A DNA stretch of 64,000 bases from Methanomassiliicoccaceae archaeon (GCA_040776945.1 JAXGZN010000001.1:1024001-1088000); one strand, 5' to 3'; positions 18,149-29,009 are shown, counted from the first letter of the stretch. A program made the numbers and translations. The notes: generated by a model not told the origin, from the letters alone.

Positions 18149-19621
18149 TCATCCCAGCAGCGGGACCAGGGCCCTGGCGGCCTGCTCGCATAGATCGATA
18201 ACCGGCTCTGGCCAGATGCCGATAGCGATGGTGGCGACCAGGCATATGGCGATCGCGGCGGACAGGGACAGCGGTATCTTCAGTCTTTCTGTGGTGGGGC
18301 CATCGTCCACGAACATGTACTTAACCACGCGTGCGTAATAGTACAGGGACAGGGCACTGTTCAGGATACCCGCTATCGCCAGCCACACCATCCATCCTTG
18401 GTCCACGACCTGCGAGGCGTCGATGGCCGAGGAGAACAGGAACACCTTGGACCAGAACCCTGACAGCGGCGGTATGCCGGCCAAGGCGAACAGGAAGATG
18501 CCCATGGACAGCGCAACGAGCGGCGCCCTGCGGCCAAGTCCTTTGTAGTCCGCGATGCTCTCACCCAGCGCCACGTAGGACAGCGCGGCCACGACCATGA
18601 ACGCCCCGCCCTTCATGAAGGCGTGGGTTATGATGTGGAAGATGCTGCTCTCCACAGCGAACTGGGATGCTACGGCTATGGCGATGATCATGTATCCGGC
18701 CTGGCCGATGGACGAGTACGCCAGCATGCGCTTGATGTTGGTCTGCTGCAGCGCCACCACGTTACCGATGGTCATTGTCAGGATGGCCAAGATGGCGGCC
18801 AGAATCTGCCAGTCGGCCTTAAGGGCGATCAGCGCTACAAGGAACACCTTGAACAGCAGCACCATCCCCATCTTCTTGGAGCCGGCCGCTAGCAGGCCTG
18901 AGATGGGCGTAGGCGCTCCCTCGTACACGTCCGGGGCCCACTGATGGAAGGGCACTATTGCCACCTTGAACCCGAACCCTGCGAGGAGCATCGCTATGGC
19001 TAGCCATGCAGCGGGGTTCAGTCCCGAGGACATAGCGGCAAGGCCTGAGTTGATGCCCTCAAGGTTGGTGGTCCCGGTGATCCCATACAGCAAGGAGATG
19101 CCATATAGGGACAGCGCCGACGACATGCCGCCGATGACCAGGTACTTGACCGCGGCCTCCGCGCCCCGCTTGTCCCTCTTGCGGAAGGCGACCAGTGCGT
19201 AGGAGGAGAGCGATGCGGTCTCCAGGCCGACGAACAGAGAGATCAGGTCTACGGCCATGGCCACAACGATCATGCCAGAGGTGGCCAGCATGATGAGGGA
19301 GAAGTACTCGGCCTGATGGCGGTCCTTCTCGATGTACCTGGCAGAGGCCAGCACGACATACAGGGCCACGAACTGGAACACCAGCGCGAACAGGGCAGCG
19401 AAAACGTCGAGCCGCAGCAGCAGGACGGTCTCCCCGCCCATCATCGCCGGATATCCGTTGAGCATATAGTAGATCACGAAGCCCATGGAGGAAAGGATGC
19501 CCACCACGGAGACCCCGGCCAATGACCGGCTGGATTTGGCCACCAGGTTCACCGCGGGCAACGCCGCGGCAAAGATGACCATTACCAGCACAGGATACAA
19601 CGCACTATAGTCTAGAGCCAT
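18149..19621 (-). CDS. fpoN: Fpo/Nuo-like complex subunit N
   Basis: EAAVKY, GFKVAIVPFHQWAPDVYEGAP, KRMLAYSSI. Confidence 0.93.
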   Translation of the reverse strand: MALDYSALYPVLVMVIFAAALPAVNLVAKSSRSLAGVSVVGILSSMGFVIYYMLNGYPAMMGGETVLLLRLDVFAALFALVFQFVALYVVLASARYIEKDRHQAEYFSLIMLATSGMIVVAMAVDLISLFVGLETASLSSYALVAFRKRDKRGAEAAVKYLVIGGMSSALSLYGISLLYGITGTTNLEGINSGLAAMSSGLNPAAWLAIAMLLAGFGFKVAIVPFHQWAPDVYEGAPTPISGLLAAGSKKMGMVLLFKVFLVALIALKADWQILAAILAILTMTIGNVVALQQTNIKRMLAYSSIGQAGYMIIAIAVASQFAVESSIFHIITHAFMKGGAFMVVAALSYVALGESIADYKGLGRRAPLVALSMGIFLFALAGIPPLSGFWSKVFLFSSAIDASQVVDQGWMVWLAIAGILNSALSLYYYARVVKYMFVDDGPTTERLKIPLSLSAAIAICLVATIAIGIWPEPVIDLCEQAARALVPLLG

Positions 19622-19622
19622 T

Positions 19623-21119
19623 TTAGATCACCCCGGTCAGTATGCGGGGAATCGACGGCACGATGATGTCCATCACCAGTCTAGGATAGATGCCGAACAG
19701 TGCGATGAGGCCGATAAGTACCGCCAGAGGGACGGTCTCGAACCAGTAGGCATCGTGAATGTGTTCGGTATCTATCTTGGTGGTCAGGCTGCCGAATATC
19801 GACCTCTGCATGGCCCATATATAGTACGCGGCGGTCAGCGCCACGCTGGCGATGGGGACTATCACCCAAAGGTCGAAGAAGTCGTAGGTGGCGGTGAACA
19901 CCGAGAACTCGGCCACGAACCCCACCAGACCAGGAAGCCCCAGGGAGGCCATGAACCCGATCATCATTACCGTTGACAGTACGGGTACTTTCGGCGCCAG
20001 GCCGCCCAGCAGAGGTATCTCCCTCGTGCCGGCCTTATGCTGGAACATGCCGCAGGTCATGAAGAGGACGGCCGTTATCAATCCATGGGCGAACATCTGG
20101 AACACTGCCGCGGCCATACCTAGATCGGTCAGGGTGGCGATACCAAGGAGCACTATTCCCATATGGCTGATCGACGAGTATGCGACCATCTTCTTCAGGT
20201 CGGTCTGCGCCAGGCAGGCGAACGCGCCATAGACGATGGACAGTACGCCGATGATCGCAATGAGCACCTGCGCCTCGACCGTGATGTCGGGGAAGGTGAA
20301 CACGCAGATCCTGATGATACCGTACGACCCCATCTTTAGCAGAAGGCCGGCCAGAAGGACCGATCCAGCGGTAGGGGCCTGAACGTGAGCGTCCGGTAGC
20401 CAGGTGTGGAAGGGCACCATCGGCATCTTGACTATGAAGCCGAAGAACAGCGCAGCATAGATGATCAGCTGCAGGGCATGCCCGATGTCCCCGGACACCG
20501 AGGCTATCTCTATCATGTCGAAGCTGGGGGCTCCCAACAGGGGGCTCGCCGTGAAGTACAGGGCGAATATGCCCAGCAGCATGAACAGCGAGGCCACGTG
20601 AGTGTATATGAAGAACTTGATGGAAGCATATGCTCGGCTCGGTCCTCCCCATATCGCTATGAGGAAGTACATCGGGATCAGCACGACCTCCCAGAATATG
20701 TAGAAGAGGAAGTAGTCCAGAGCCGTGAACACGCCCAGCACTCCGACGTCCAGCAGCAGCATGAGCCCCATGTACGAGCTGGTCCGCTCCTCGACATCCC
20801 ACGAGAACAGGATGGCCAGGAAGACCAGCAGGGCCGAAAGGAACACCATCAGCATGCTTATGCCGTCGACGCCCAGGTGGTAAGATATGCCCAACATGGG
20901 CACCCAGTCATATGCCTCATCGAACTGGAACTCCGTGCCCAGCGGGGCGCTGAGCGAGAAGTTCATGATAATGAGGGTCGCGATGACCAAGGTGATCCCG
21001 GAAAAGACCAGGGCCAGGTACCTTGCGGCCTTGGCATGCTTGCCCGCTGCGAACGTCATCATCGATCCGATCAGAGGAACGATCAGCAGCAGGGACAGTA
21101 TGGGGAAGTTCTCGAACAT
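19623..21119 (-). CDS. fpoM: Fpo/Nuo-like complex subunit M
   Basis: FWEVVLIPMY, KMPMVPFHTWLPDAHVQAP, LLKMGSYG. Confidence 0.93.
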   Translation of the reverse strand: MFENFPILSLLLIVPLIGSMMTFAAGKHAKAARYLALVFSGITLVIATLIIMNFSLSAPLGTEFQFDEAYDWVPMLGISYHLGVDGISMLMVFLSALLVFLAILFSWDVEERTSSYMGLMLLLDVGVLGVFTALDYFLFYIFWEVVLIPMYFLIAIWGGPSRAYASIKFFIYTHVASLFMLLGIFALYFTASPLLGAPSFDMIEIASVSGDIGHALQLIIYAALFFGFIVKMPMVPFHTWLPDAHVQAPTAGSVLLAGLLLKMGSYGIIRICVFTFPDITVEAQVLIAIIGVLSIVYGAFACLAQTDLKKMVAYSSISHMGIVLLGIATLTDLGMAAAVFQMFAHGLITAVLFMTCGMFQHKAGTREIPLLGGLAPKVPVLSTVMMIGFMASLGLPGLVGFVAEFSVFTATYDFFDLWVIVPIASVALTAAYYIWAMQRSIFGSLTTKIDTEHIHDAYWFETVPLAVLIGLIALFGIYPRLVMDIIVPSIPRILTGVI

Positions 21120-21120
21120 C

Positions 21121-23091
21121 TTAGATCACGCCTCCGAAGAGGAAGAGGAGGATGACGATGATCGACACCCCCGCTACTACGAGGGCCGCATAGGATTGCA
21201 CGAAGCCGGTCTGGCCTCTGCGAACTATGTTGCCCACCTTTATGGTCACAATGGCGAACCCGTTGACGATCCCGTCGATGACCTTCCGGTCGAACCAGTC
21301 CACCGCCTTAGCAACTCCGTAGACGACCTTGAGCCCGATCCAGTCGTAGGCGGCGGTGAAGCCGTACCTCGCCAGGAGCAGACCGTAGATCTTCCGGCGG
21401 GCTGGGGTGGCCACGAAAACGTCGGGGTTTATGGACCTCTTCCTGTACATCAGGTATGCAAGGAAAATGCCAAGCACGGCCGCGATGATGGATAGGTACG
21501 TCAGGACGTCGGTGAACACGATCTCCAGGATCTGCGTCCACGTTTCCGCATGGGGGTGGAACATGGTAGGTTGTATGGCCTCGGAGAACCCGAAGAACAA
21601 GGCGAACCCGGAACCGAACGCCAGCGCGGCGAGTATGGCCAGCGGCACCCACATTACCTTGGGAGACTCATGCGCATGGTCGTACACGTGATGGTCCCTA
21701 GGCTCTCCGGCGAAGGTCATGTACCATAGGCGGAACATGTAGAAGGCGGTCATGAACGCCGTCAGGATGCCCATTATATAGAGCACATAGAACAGCGGAT
21801 TCTCCGCGCCAGTCTCGAACACCACTGCCAAGATCTCATCCTTGGACCAGAACCCTGACAGTGGCGGTATGCCTGCTATGGATATGCAACCGATCAGCAT
21901 CACCAAGGAGGTTATCTTCAGCTTCTTGGACAGTCCTCCCATCAGCCTCATGTCCTCGGTGTGCACAGCGTGTATGACCGCGCCGGCGCTCAGGAAGAGC
22001 AGGGCCTTGAAGAACGCATGGTTCATCAGGTGGAACATGCCGGACATGAAGCCGGCGTTGGTTTCCTGAGTGTGGAAGAACAGGTATCCGCCGGTGCCCA
22101 GCGCTAGGAACATGTAACCCAGCTGGCTGATGGTCGAGTAGGCGAGCACCCGCTTGATGTTGGGGTTGTTCAACGCCATGGTCGCCGCCATTAGTGCAGT
22201 TATGCCTCCGATGATGGCGATGATGAGCATCGTGTTCGGCGTCTCCACCATGACAGGGTAGGTCCTCGCCACAAGGTAGACACCGGCCTTGACCATGGTC
22301 GCAGCATGGATGAGGGCCGACACGGTGGTCGGGCCCTCCATGGCATCCGGCAACCAGTCATGCAGGGGGAACTGCGCGGACTTGCCGATCGCCCCGCCGA
22401 AGATGAAGAACGTTCCCAGGGTGAGCAGGTCGTTCCCCCCGAGGAAGGCGTCCACGTTGTTGAAGATATAACTGAAGTCCAGGTTGCCTTGGAACCCGAC
22501 GAAGAAGATGAACAGGCCCAGCATGAACATGATGTCCCCGATCCTGGTCACCAGGAACGCCTTCTTGGCCGCAGAGGCGGCAGAAGGCTTGGTGTTCCAG
22601 AAGCCGATGAGCAGGTAGGAACATAGGCCGACGATCTCCCAGAAGATGAACATCTGCAGGAAGTTCGAAGACAGGACCAGTCCGAGCATTGCGCATATGA
22701 AGAGGGAGATCTCCGCGTAGTAGCGGCGCTTCTTCTCGCCCTCCTCATGCATGTATCCGACGGAATAGATGACGACCAGGGTGGAAATGAAGGACACCAC
22801 GATCAGCATCAGGGCGGTCAGCGTGTCGATGTATATGCCCATGTTGAAGGTGAACCCGGGTACTGTCATCCAGTTCATGGACTGTATGAACGTGCCGCCG
22901 GGGTAGCCACCGGTCAATATCTCGAACGCCACCATTAGGGACAGGAAACAGGCGACCGCAGCCATCAGGATGGCGAAATAACCGCCGTTCTCGATCCTCT
23001 TGAACGCCTTGTTGCCCAAGAACCCGACTACGACGAAGGATATCAGCGGGATGATGGGGATCAACCAGGCCAGCTCGCTCCAGTACATCAT
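21121..23091 (-). CDS. fpoL: Fpo/Nuo-like complex subunit L
   Basis: GKSAQFPLHDWLPDAMEGPTTVSALIHAATMV, HAFFKALLF. Confidence 0.94.
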   Translation of the reverse strand: MMYWSELAWLIPIIPLISFVVVGFLGNKAFKRIENGGYFAILMAAVACFLSLMVAFEILTGGYPGGTFIQSMNWMTVPGFTFNMGIYIDTLTALMLIVVSFISTLVVIYSVGYMHEEGEKKRRYYAEISLFICAMLGLVLSSNFLQMFIFWEIVGLCSYLLIGFWNTKPSAASAAKKAFLVTRIGDIMFMLGLFIFFVGFQGNLDFSYIFNNVDAFLGGNDLLTLGTFFIFGGAIGKSAQFPLHDWLPDAMEGPTTVSALIHAATMVKAGVYLVARTYPVMVETPNTMLIIAIIGGITALMAATMALNNPNIKRVLAYSTISQLGYMFLALGTGGYLFFHTQETNAGFMSGMFHLMNHAFFKALLFLSAGAVIHAVHTEDMRLMGGLSKKLKITSLVMLIGCISIAGIPPLSGFWSKDEILAVVFETGAENPLFYVLYIMGILTAFMTAFYMFRLWYMTFAGEPRDHHVYDHAHESPKVMWVPLAILAALAFGSGFALFFGFSEAIQPTMFHPHAETWTQILEIVFTDVLTYLSIIAAVLGIFLAYLMYRKRSINPDVFVATPARRKIYGLLLARYGFTAAYDWIGLKVVYGVAKAVDWFDRKVIDGIVNGFAIVTIKVGNIVRRGQTGFVQSYAALVVAGVSIIVILLFLFGGVI

Positions 23092-23393
23092 TACCACCTC
23101 AGGAGGTTGACCTCGTCAAGGCCGATGGTGTCTCTGGCCTTGTACAGGTTCAGCACTATTGCCAAGCCTACCGCGACCTCCGCGGCGGCTATCGCGATCG
23201 ATACGAGAGCGAACACCATGCCGTTCATGTTGCCCGAATAGGCGGAGAACGCCACGAAGTTGATGTTCGCGGCATTCAACATCAGCTCGATGCACATCAG
23301 CACGACGATGGCGCTCTTGCGCGTGAGGACGCCCACCGCTCCGATGATGAACAGGATGGCCGAAAGGCCAATGAAGTACTCTATCGCTATCAT
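23091..23393 (-). CDS. fpoK: Fpo/Nuo-like complex subunit K
   Basis: CIELMLNAAN, AAAEVAVGLAI. Confidence 0.93.
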   Translation of the reverse strand: MIAIEYFIGLSAILFIIGAVGVLTRKSAIVVLMCIELMLNAANINFVAFSAYSGNMNGMVFALVSIAIAAAEVAVGLAIVLNLYKARDTIGLDEVNLLRW

Positions 23394-23620
23394 TCGTTCT
23401 CCTCCTGGGCGATGAACACTCCTCCCAGCATGGACACGAACAGCACGATGCCGACTATGAGGACGGCAAGGCCGTACTCGTTGAACAATATGCTGCTAAG
23501 CTCGTTGTTGTCGGTCTCGACCAGTGAACCGGCCGGCCATTGAGCGGCCATAAGCGATCCGATCACGAGGACCAGGAACGCCACCAGAGTGATACCGATC
23601 AGGACGTTGCGCCTATTCAT
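23390..23620 (-). CDS. fpoJ2: Fpo subunit J, C-terminal half
   Basis: Two TM helices, LFNEYGL...VSMLGGVFIA; lies between J1 and K. Confidence 0.8.
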   Translation of the reverse strand: MNRRNVLIGITLVAFLVLVIGSLMAAQWPAGSLVETDNNELSSILFNEYGLAVLIVGIVLFVSMLGGVFIAQEENE

Positions 23621-23885
23621 CTCGGCCACCTCCCAGCAGGCGGCGCTTGGTTAGCATGATACCGAACAGCATCAGGACAGCCACCGCGCCGACGTATATC
23701 GTTATCTGGATGATCGCAAGGTACTCCGCGCCCAGGAAGAGATAGGTGAATGCCACTCCCAGGAAGGCCAGGGTAAGCCACATGACGCTCCTGACGATCT
23801 CCTTGGACCATAGCACGGCCAGGGCCGCGATTATCGTTACCGCGGCAACGAACAGGAAAATGATGAAATCCCATGGCAGCGGCAT
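23613..23885 (-). CDS. fpoJ1: Fpo subunit J, N-terminal half
   Basis: AEYLAIIQITIYVGAVAVLMLFGIMLT. Confidence 0.9.
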   Translation of the reverse strand: MPLPWDFIIFLFVAAVTIIAALAVLWSKEIVRSVMWLTLAFLGVAFTYLFLGAEYLAIIQITIYVGAVAVLMLFGIMLTKRRLLGGGRDE

Positions 23886-24637
23886 CACTGCACCTCCTGC
23901 ATGGTCAGGGCGTCCTTGGGACATACTTCGACACAGGTCTCGCAAGAGACGCACTTTTCCTTGTCGAAGACGGGCCTCTTGATCGGCCTGCCCTTCTCGT
24001 TTACCCCGACCTCTACCATCTTGACTGCCCCCACTGGGCAGTCCTTGGCGCACCGGGAGCAGCTTATGCACTTCTTGTCATCCACAACCGGTAGGTCAAC
24101 GTGTTCCACGTGCCGCCGGGGGGCGACCCCCTTGTTAAGCTCCGAGGGCAATATCTCTTCGATATGCACCTCGTTCCCTGGAACCCCTGGGAACTGCAGC
24201 TTGTACGGATCGTAGATCATTTCCTCCCTAGTGTAGGCGGCCAGCTCATACTCCGGCGTGACGATCATCGCGTCAGTGGGGCAATATTCAGCGCAGAAGC
24301 CGCACATCATGCACCTGCCAACGTTGACCCTGGGGCGCTTGACCTTCTTCGGGGGTTTCCCCTCCTCGTGCTTGAGGTCATCGACCTCAACCAGCTCAAT
24401 GCACCTGTTTGGGCAAATGCGCATGCAGATGCCGCACCCGATGCACTTCTCGAATATCAGTCCTGGCCTACCGCGGAACACATCCGGGAGGACAAGCTTC
24501 TCCCAGGGGTATTGAACGGTATTGGGCCGGTTTATGGTGGACTTCAAGGTCTGTTTCGCCGTAACAAGCATGGGCTTCAGGATGTAGGCGGTCAGACCGA
24601 ACTCCTTCTCTCTTCTTGACTTTTCCTTCCTCGCCAT
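23885..24637 (-). CDS. fpoI: Fpo subunit I with an extra C-terminal 2[4Fe-4S] domain
   Basis: TVQYPWEK...FRGR and four CxxCxxCxxxCP motifs. Confidence 0.92.
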   Translation of the reverse strand: MARKEKSRREKEFGLTAYILKPMLVTAKQTLKSTINRPNTVQYPWEKLVLPDVFRGRPGLIFEKCIGCGICMRICPNRCIELVEVDDLKHEEGKPPKKVKRPRVNVGRCMMCGFCAEYCPTDAMIVTPEYELAAYTREEMIYDPYKLQFPGVPGNEVHIEEILPSELNKGVAPRRHVEHVDLPVVDDKKCISCSRCAKDCPVGAVKMVEVGVNEKGRPIKRPVFDKEKCVSCETCVEVCPKDALTMQEVQ

Positions 24638-25728
24638 CAGAATACCCCCGCGGTCTTGAACACGATTGCGATGGCGATGTTGATCGCGGCCAGGGGCAAG
24701 AGCCTCTTCCATCCAAGGTTGAGGATCTGGTCGGTCCTGACCCTGGGCAGAGCGCCCCTGACCCAGATGATTATGCCAAACACCATGAACACCTTAAGCA
24801 GGAACCAAAGCCCGACAGGTATGACGTTCAAGAAATCGGGCATGTCCCATCCTCCAAGGAAGACGAGGGTGATGATGGAAGATCCAACGAACCCCCTGGC
24901 ATACTCTGACATCATGATAAGTCCGAACCTCATCCCACCATACTCGGTGCCCCATCCTTCCACCAGCTCGGCTTCCGCCTCCGGCAGGTCGAAAGGGACA
25001 CGTTCCAGCTCGGCCACCATCGATATGACAAAAGTGAAGGCCCCGATGATCATCGGAGCGATGAGCCAGACATTGTCCTGCTGCCATTGCACTATCTCAA
25101 AGAAGTTCAGGCTGCCGGTGAGGATGACCACTCCGACGACCGACAGAAGGAGCGGCACTTCGTAAGCGATAATCTGGGCCGCCGCCCGCATCCCTCCGAT
25201 GAGGGTGTATTTATTATTAGAGGCCCAGCCGCCGAGCAGCACGGCGAAGGGCACTATGCCGAACAGCGCCAGCGTGAGCAGGAGGCCCAACTGGGGGTTC
25301 GATACATAGAAACCCGGGCTGTAGGGCAAGGTCACGAACATCATCAGAGAGGTCCCGATGATGACCACGGGAGCAAGGTTGTACACCAAGCTGTCCGCGG
25401 CCTCGGGAACGATGTGCTCCTTCACCAGGACCTTCAAGGCATCAGCGAAGTTCTGGAACAGGCCGATGGGACCTACCTGAGTACCGCGCCGGTCCATCAG
25501 CCGGCCGAGGGTCTTCCTCTCCTGCCAGATCAGAGTGATCGATACCAGCATGCCCACTACGAACACGATGAGCGCCACTATCAAGATGGTGACGAAGTTC
25601 AGGACGCCGGGGCTGCCCAGCCAGGCCTCGAGGCCATGGAATCCGAGCCATCCGACGAACGCTCCGATTATGTCGACCAACAGCCAGTGGATGAGGCCGC
25701 CCAATAACTGCCAAATATCCAGGTACAT
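24637..25728 (-). CDS. fpoH: Fpo/Nuo-like complex subunit H
   Basis: WQERK, ADALKVLVKE, GWASNNKY, RVPFDLPEAEAELVEG, PRVRTDQ. Confidence 0.94.
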   Translation of the reverse strand: MYLDIWQLLGGLIHWLLVDIIGAFVGWLGFHGLEAWLGSPGVLNFVTILIVALIVFVVGMLVSITLIWQERKTLGRLMDRRGTQVGPIGLFQNFADALKVLVKEHIVPEAADSLVYNLAPVVIIGTSLMMFVTLPYSPGFYVSNPQLGLLLTLALFGIVPFAVLLGGWASNNKYTLIGGMRAAAQIIAYEVPLLLSVVGVVILTGSLNFFEIVQWQQDNVWLIAPMIIGAFTFVISMVAELERVPFDLPEAEAELVEGWGTEYGGMRFGLIMMSEYARGFVGSSIITLVFLGGWDMPDFLNVIPVGLWFLLKVFMVFGIIIWVRGALPRVRTDQILNLGWKRLLPLAAINIAIAIVFKTAGVF

Positions 25729-25733
25729 CGAGA

Positions 25734-26819
25734 TCACCGATCCGTCTCGCCCATGCAGACATCGATCATGCCTAGGATCGAGGGGACGTCAGCAACCTTG
25801 TGACCTCTCAGCAGGAGAGGGGTGGCTGACAATATCACATAAAGCGGGCTTCTTACCTTGAGGCGGTAAGGCTCGTCGTCGCCCTTGCCTACCACATATA
25901 TGAGGCTCTCGCCCCGAGGGTCCTCCATCCTTGCGAACCCGGTCCCAACCGGCGCGTTCCGAGGAGGCTTGACCCTGATGGGGCCGTCCTTAGGCATCTT
26001 CTTCAGGATGTCCCTGACTATCTGGACGGACATCCTCATTTCGTCCATGCGCACCCGGTACCGGGCATAGGTGTCGCCCTCGTCGGCAGTGCACATGTGC
26101 CAATCGACCTCGTCGTATATCTCATAGGGATCGTTGTGCCGGACATCGTACTTCACGCCGCTGGCCCTGAGGACGGGACCGGTGATGCCAAGGTTGATGG
26201 CGTCCTTTCCGGACATCGGGGCGAGGCCCTCCATCCTCATGCGGAAAACCTTGTTGCGATCCACCAGGTCCTCGTACTCATCGATCCTCTTCTCGAAGTA
26301 GTCGAGGGTCCTGAGGACGTCACGCTCCCAGTTTGGAGGCGCGGCGTTCCTCACGCCGCCGATGCGGCAATAATTATAGGTCATCCTTGCGCCGCACAGG
26401 CTCTGGAAAAGGTCCAGGAACATCTCCCTCTCCCGAATGGCATAGAGGAAGATGGTCAGGTTGCCCAGGTCCGGACCGATGGCGGCCAGCCACATCAAGT
26501 GGTTGCCGATCCTCTGCAGCTCATCGGACATGGCCCGTATCCATTTGGCACGCTCCGGCACCTCGAGGCCCATGAGGTTCTCCACTGCCATGCAGTATAC
26601 ATGGCTCCAGGTGAACGAGGATCCATAGCACAATCGGTCGGCCATGGGGATGATCTGGGGATACTTGCGGTTCTCCACCATCTTCTCCCAGCCGCGATGC
26701 AGATAGCCGATGACGGGCTCAGCGTCCGTAATGGTCTCTCCGTCGACCTTGACCCTCAGGTTCCACAGCCCATGGGTCATGGGGTGCTGAGGGCCCATGT
26801 TGATCCACATCTCTGCCAT
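25734..26819 (-). CDS. fpoD: Fpo/Nuo-like complex subunit D
   Basis: NMGPQHPMTHG, GYLHRG, EDPRGE, ends DVCMGETDR; lacks the paired CxxC Ni ligands, so not a hydrogenase large subunit. Confidence 0.93.
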   Translation of the reverse strand: MAEMWINMGPQHPMTHGLWNLRVKVDGETITDAEPVIGYLHRGWEKMVENRKYPQIIPMADRLCYGSSFTWSHVYCMAVENLMGLEVPERAKWIRAMSDELQRIGNHLMWLAAIGPDLGNLTIFLYAIREREMFLDLFQSLCGARMTYNYCRIGGVRNAAPPNWERDVLRTLDYFEKRIDEYEDLVDRNKVFRMRMEGLAPMSGKDAINLGITGPVLRASGVKYDVRHNDPYEIYDEVDWHMCTADEGDTYARYRVRMDEMRMSVQIVRDILKKMPKDGPIRVKPPRNAPVGTGFARMEDPRGESLIYVVGKGDDEPYRLKVRSPLYVILSATPLLLRGHKVADVPSILGMIDVCMGETDR

Positions 26820-26820
26820 C

Positions 26821-27285
26821 TTACGGACCCCCTGTCTTGCAGTCCTTCCGCAAGGGGAAGAAGGTGTAGTCCGCCGGCAGCAGAAGCCTCTCCATCTTCG
26901 GATGGTCCTTGAACACGATCCCGAACATGTCATAGGCCTCCCTTTCGTGCCAGTTAGCGCCTCCCCAGAGCGGGGTTATCGAATCGATCTCAGGATTGTC
27001 GCGGGGGATGTCCACCACTATCTCGGCGGTAATGTTGCTCGAATAGGATGTGAGATGATAGACGACCTGCATGCGGTCGCACCAGTCCACACCGGTGACC
27101 AGGCTGCATTGGTTGAACCCTAGCTGGTCCTTCATGAACATGCAGAGCTTCAGCAAGGACCCCTTGTCGGCGGTCATGAACAAACGCCGCGGCTTGACCT
27201 TGCTTTCGAACTTAACCGCAGTTGGGAACGCTTCGGAGATCCTGCTCTTGACCTGTTCTACAGTATAAGTAACGTTGTCTTCCAT
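26821..27285 (-). CDS. fpoC: Fpo/Nuo-like complex subunit C
   Basis: ANWHEREAYDMFGIVFKDHP...PLRKD. Confidence 0.93.
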   Translation of the reverse strand: MEDNVTYTVEQVKSRISEAFPTAVKFESKVKPRRLFMTADKGSLLKLCMFMKDQLGFNQCSLVTGVDWCDRMQVVYHLTSYSSNITAEIVVDIPRDNPEIDSITPLWGGANWHEREAYDMFGIVFKDHPKMERLLLPADYTFFPLRKDCKTGGP

Positions 27286-27294
27286 GCTCCCACC

Positions 27295-27858
27295 TCAGTC
27301 GTCCATGAACGTGCCGATCTTCGACTTCTTGATCTTCTGGTGCAGTCTCAGGAACCCGTCTATAAGCGCCTCAGGCCTGGGCGGGCAACCGGGGATGTAC
27401 ACGTCCACGGGGATGAAGGTGTCTACGCCCTGAACGACATTATATGCATCATACCAGGGGCCGCCGGAGATGGCGCACTCGCCCATGGCGATGACCCACT
27501 TGGGCTCGGGCATCTCCTCGTAGAGGCGCCTCAGGGCCGGCCTCAGCTTCTTGGAGACCCAGCCGTTCACCAGGAGAACATCGCACTGTCGAGGCGAGGA
27601 CCTGAAGACCAGTCCAAGCCTTTCATTGTCATATCGAGGCCCGGAACAAGCGGCCATCTCCAGGGCGCAGCAGGCTATGCCGAAGTGCAGCGGGTACATC
27701 GAGTTCCTTACGCCCCAGTTGAGCAATGGGTCCATCACCTTGTCGAGGCCCCTCTTCACACCAGTGGCGCGGACGATATCGTCCATGACGTTCGTGGACC
27801 ATTCCACGAACTCCTTCGCGCTCATCGCGATAGCGTTCGGGTACGCGCTCAAATCCAT
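27295..27858 (-). CDS. fpoB: Fpo/Nuo-like complex subunit B
   Basis: [32 protein letters not shown]. Confidence 0.94.
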   Translation of the reverse strand: MDLSAYPNAIAMSAKEFVEWSTNVMDDIVRATGVKRGLDKVMDPLLNWGVRNSMYPLHFGIACCALEMAACSGPRYDNERLGLVFRSSPRQCDVLLVNGWVSKKLRPALRRLYEEMPEPKWVIAMGECAISGGPWYDAYNVVQGVDTFIPVDVYIPGCPPRPEALIDGFLRLHQKIKKSKIGTFMDD

Positions 27859-28208
27859 AATCTCTCCTCCTTCCTCAGGGCATAGAACACCCCGACCAGG
27901 AGCAATCCAAAGAAGGCAAGCATCAGCATCTTTGCGTCAAAGGAAAGGTTGACGAAGTTCAAAGCCCAGATCATCAAAAAAACAGTAACGACGTCGAAAG
28001 CTACGAAGATGATCGCGAACATATAGAACTGGAAGTGGAACTGGACCCGCGCCACCCCGATCGGCACCTCACCGCACTCGTAGGTCTCCCGCTTGAGAGC
28101 CGACGGTCTGGTAGGCCGGAAGAACTTGGTCATCCAGAACGCGAATGCGGGGACTCCTAGAGCTATAACTGCAAAGATTGCTATTGGCAAATAGGTGTCC
28201 AAGAGCAT
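27849..28208 (-). CDS. fpoA: Fpo/Nuo-like complex subunit A
   Basis: [14 protein letters not shown], three TM helices; TATA TTTATA about 25 nt upstream (leaderless-type). Confidence 0.93.
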   Translation of the reverse strand: MLLDTYLPIAIFAVIALGVPAFAFWMTKFFRPTRPSALKRETYECGEVPIGVARVQFHFQFYMFAIIFVAFDVVTVFLMIWALNFVNLSFDAKMLMLAFFGLLLVGVFYALRKEERLWI

Positions 28209-28451
28209 TGATGCGAGAATAGTTAGCCTCTATAAATACGTTATCAGCCGTTAACTTCACTGGCCTATCTGGACGGTCTCCCATTTAGGCTGAATTTGCC
28301 CCTTTTCTACGAAAAAATAAAATCATGATTATCAAAGAACGGAACATGATAATGACGCACCGTTTTCCGGCTAGCTTCCCCGCAGGCCTATGGAAAGTAT
28401 ATGTTCCCCTACTTGCAAACAATCCTATCAATAGGCATAGGAGAGGCGAAC

Positions 28452-29009
28452 ATGAAAGTAGCGATATTCACTGAGGACCTGTACGAGGACGTGGAGTTTT
28501 GGTATCCATTCTATCGCCTTAAAGAGGCAGGACACCAGCCGGTGGTCATCGGCTCGGGGCGGAAGGAGGTCTTTCAGGGGAAGCACGGCGTTCCCAACAG
28601 GGCCGACCTGTCCATCAAGGAGGCCCGGTCCTCGGACTTCGATGCCGTGATAGTGCCGGGAGGTTACGCTCCGGACAAGATGCGGATGTATCCCGAGTTC
28701 GCTCAGATGGTCCGTCTCATGTATGACGAGGGAAAGCTCGTCGCTTCCATCTGCCACGGGCCGTGGGTCCTGGCCTCGGCGGGCATCCTCAGCGGCCGCA
28801 AGGTCACCTGCTGGTCATCGCTCAAGGATGACATGATGAACGCCGGCGCCCGGTTCCTGGACCAGGAAGTGGTCATCGACGGGAACATAATCACATCACG
28901 GATGCCCGACGACCTTCCCGCCTTCATGAGCGAGGTGCTCCGTCACCTGAGCTCTGGGCGGGACGCTCAGGCGGCGCGCATGGCCGCTGCGTCTGCGACC
29001 GGCCGCTGA
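28452..29009 (+). CDS. pfpI: PfpI/DJ-1 family protease/deglycase
   Basis: YEDVEFWYP, VPGGYAPD, SICHGPW, TSRMPDDL. Confidence 0.92.
   Translation: MKVAIFTEDLYEDVEFWYPFYRLKEAGHQPVVIGSGRKEVFQGKHGVPNRADLSIKEARSSDFDAVIVPGGYAPDKMRMYPEFAQMVRLMYDEGKLVASICHGPWVLASAGILSGRKVTCWSSLKDDMMNAGARFLDQEVVIDGNIITSRMPDDLPAFMSEVLRHLSSGRDAQAARMAAASATGR

Noticed and set aside
25734-26819. Group 4 [NiFe]-hydrogenase large subunit
   Set aside because: Paired CxxC Ni ligands are absent (DRLCY; DVCMG), and the gene order is that of complex I.
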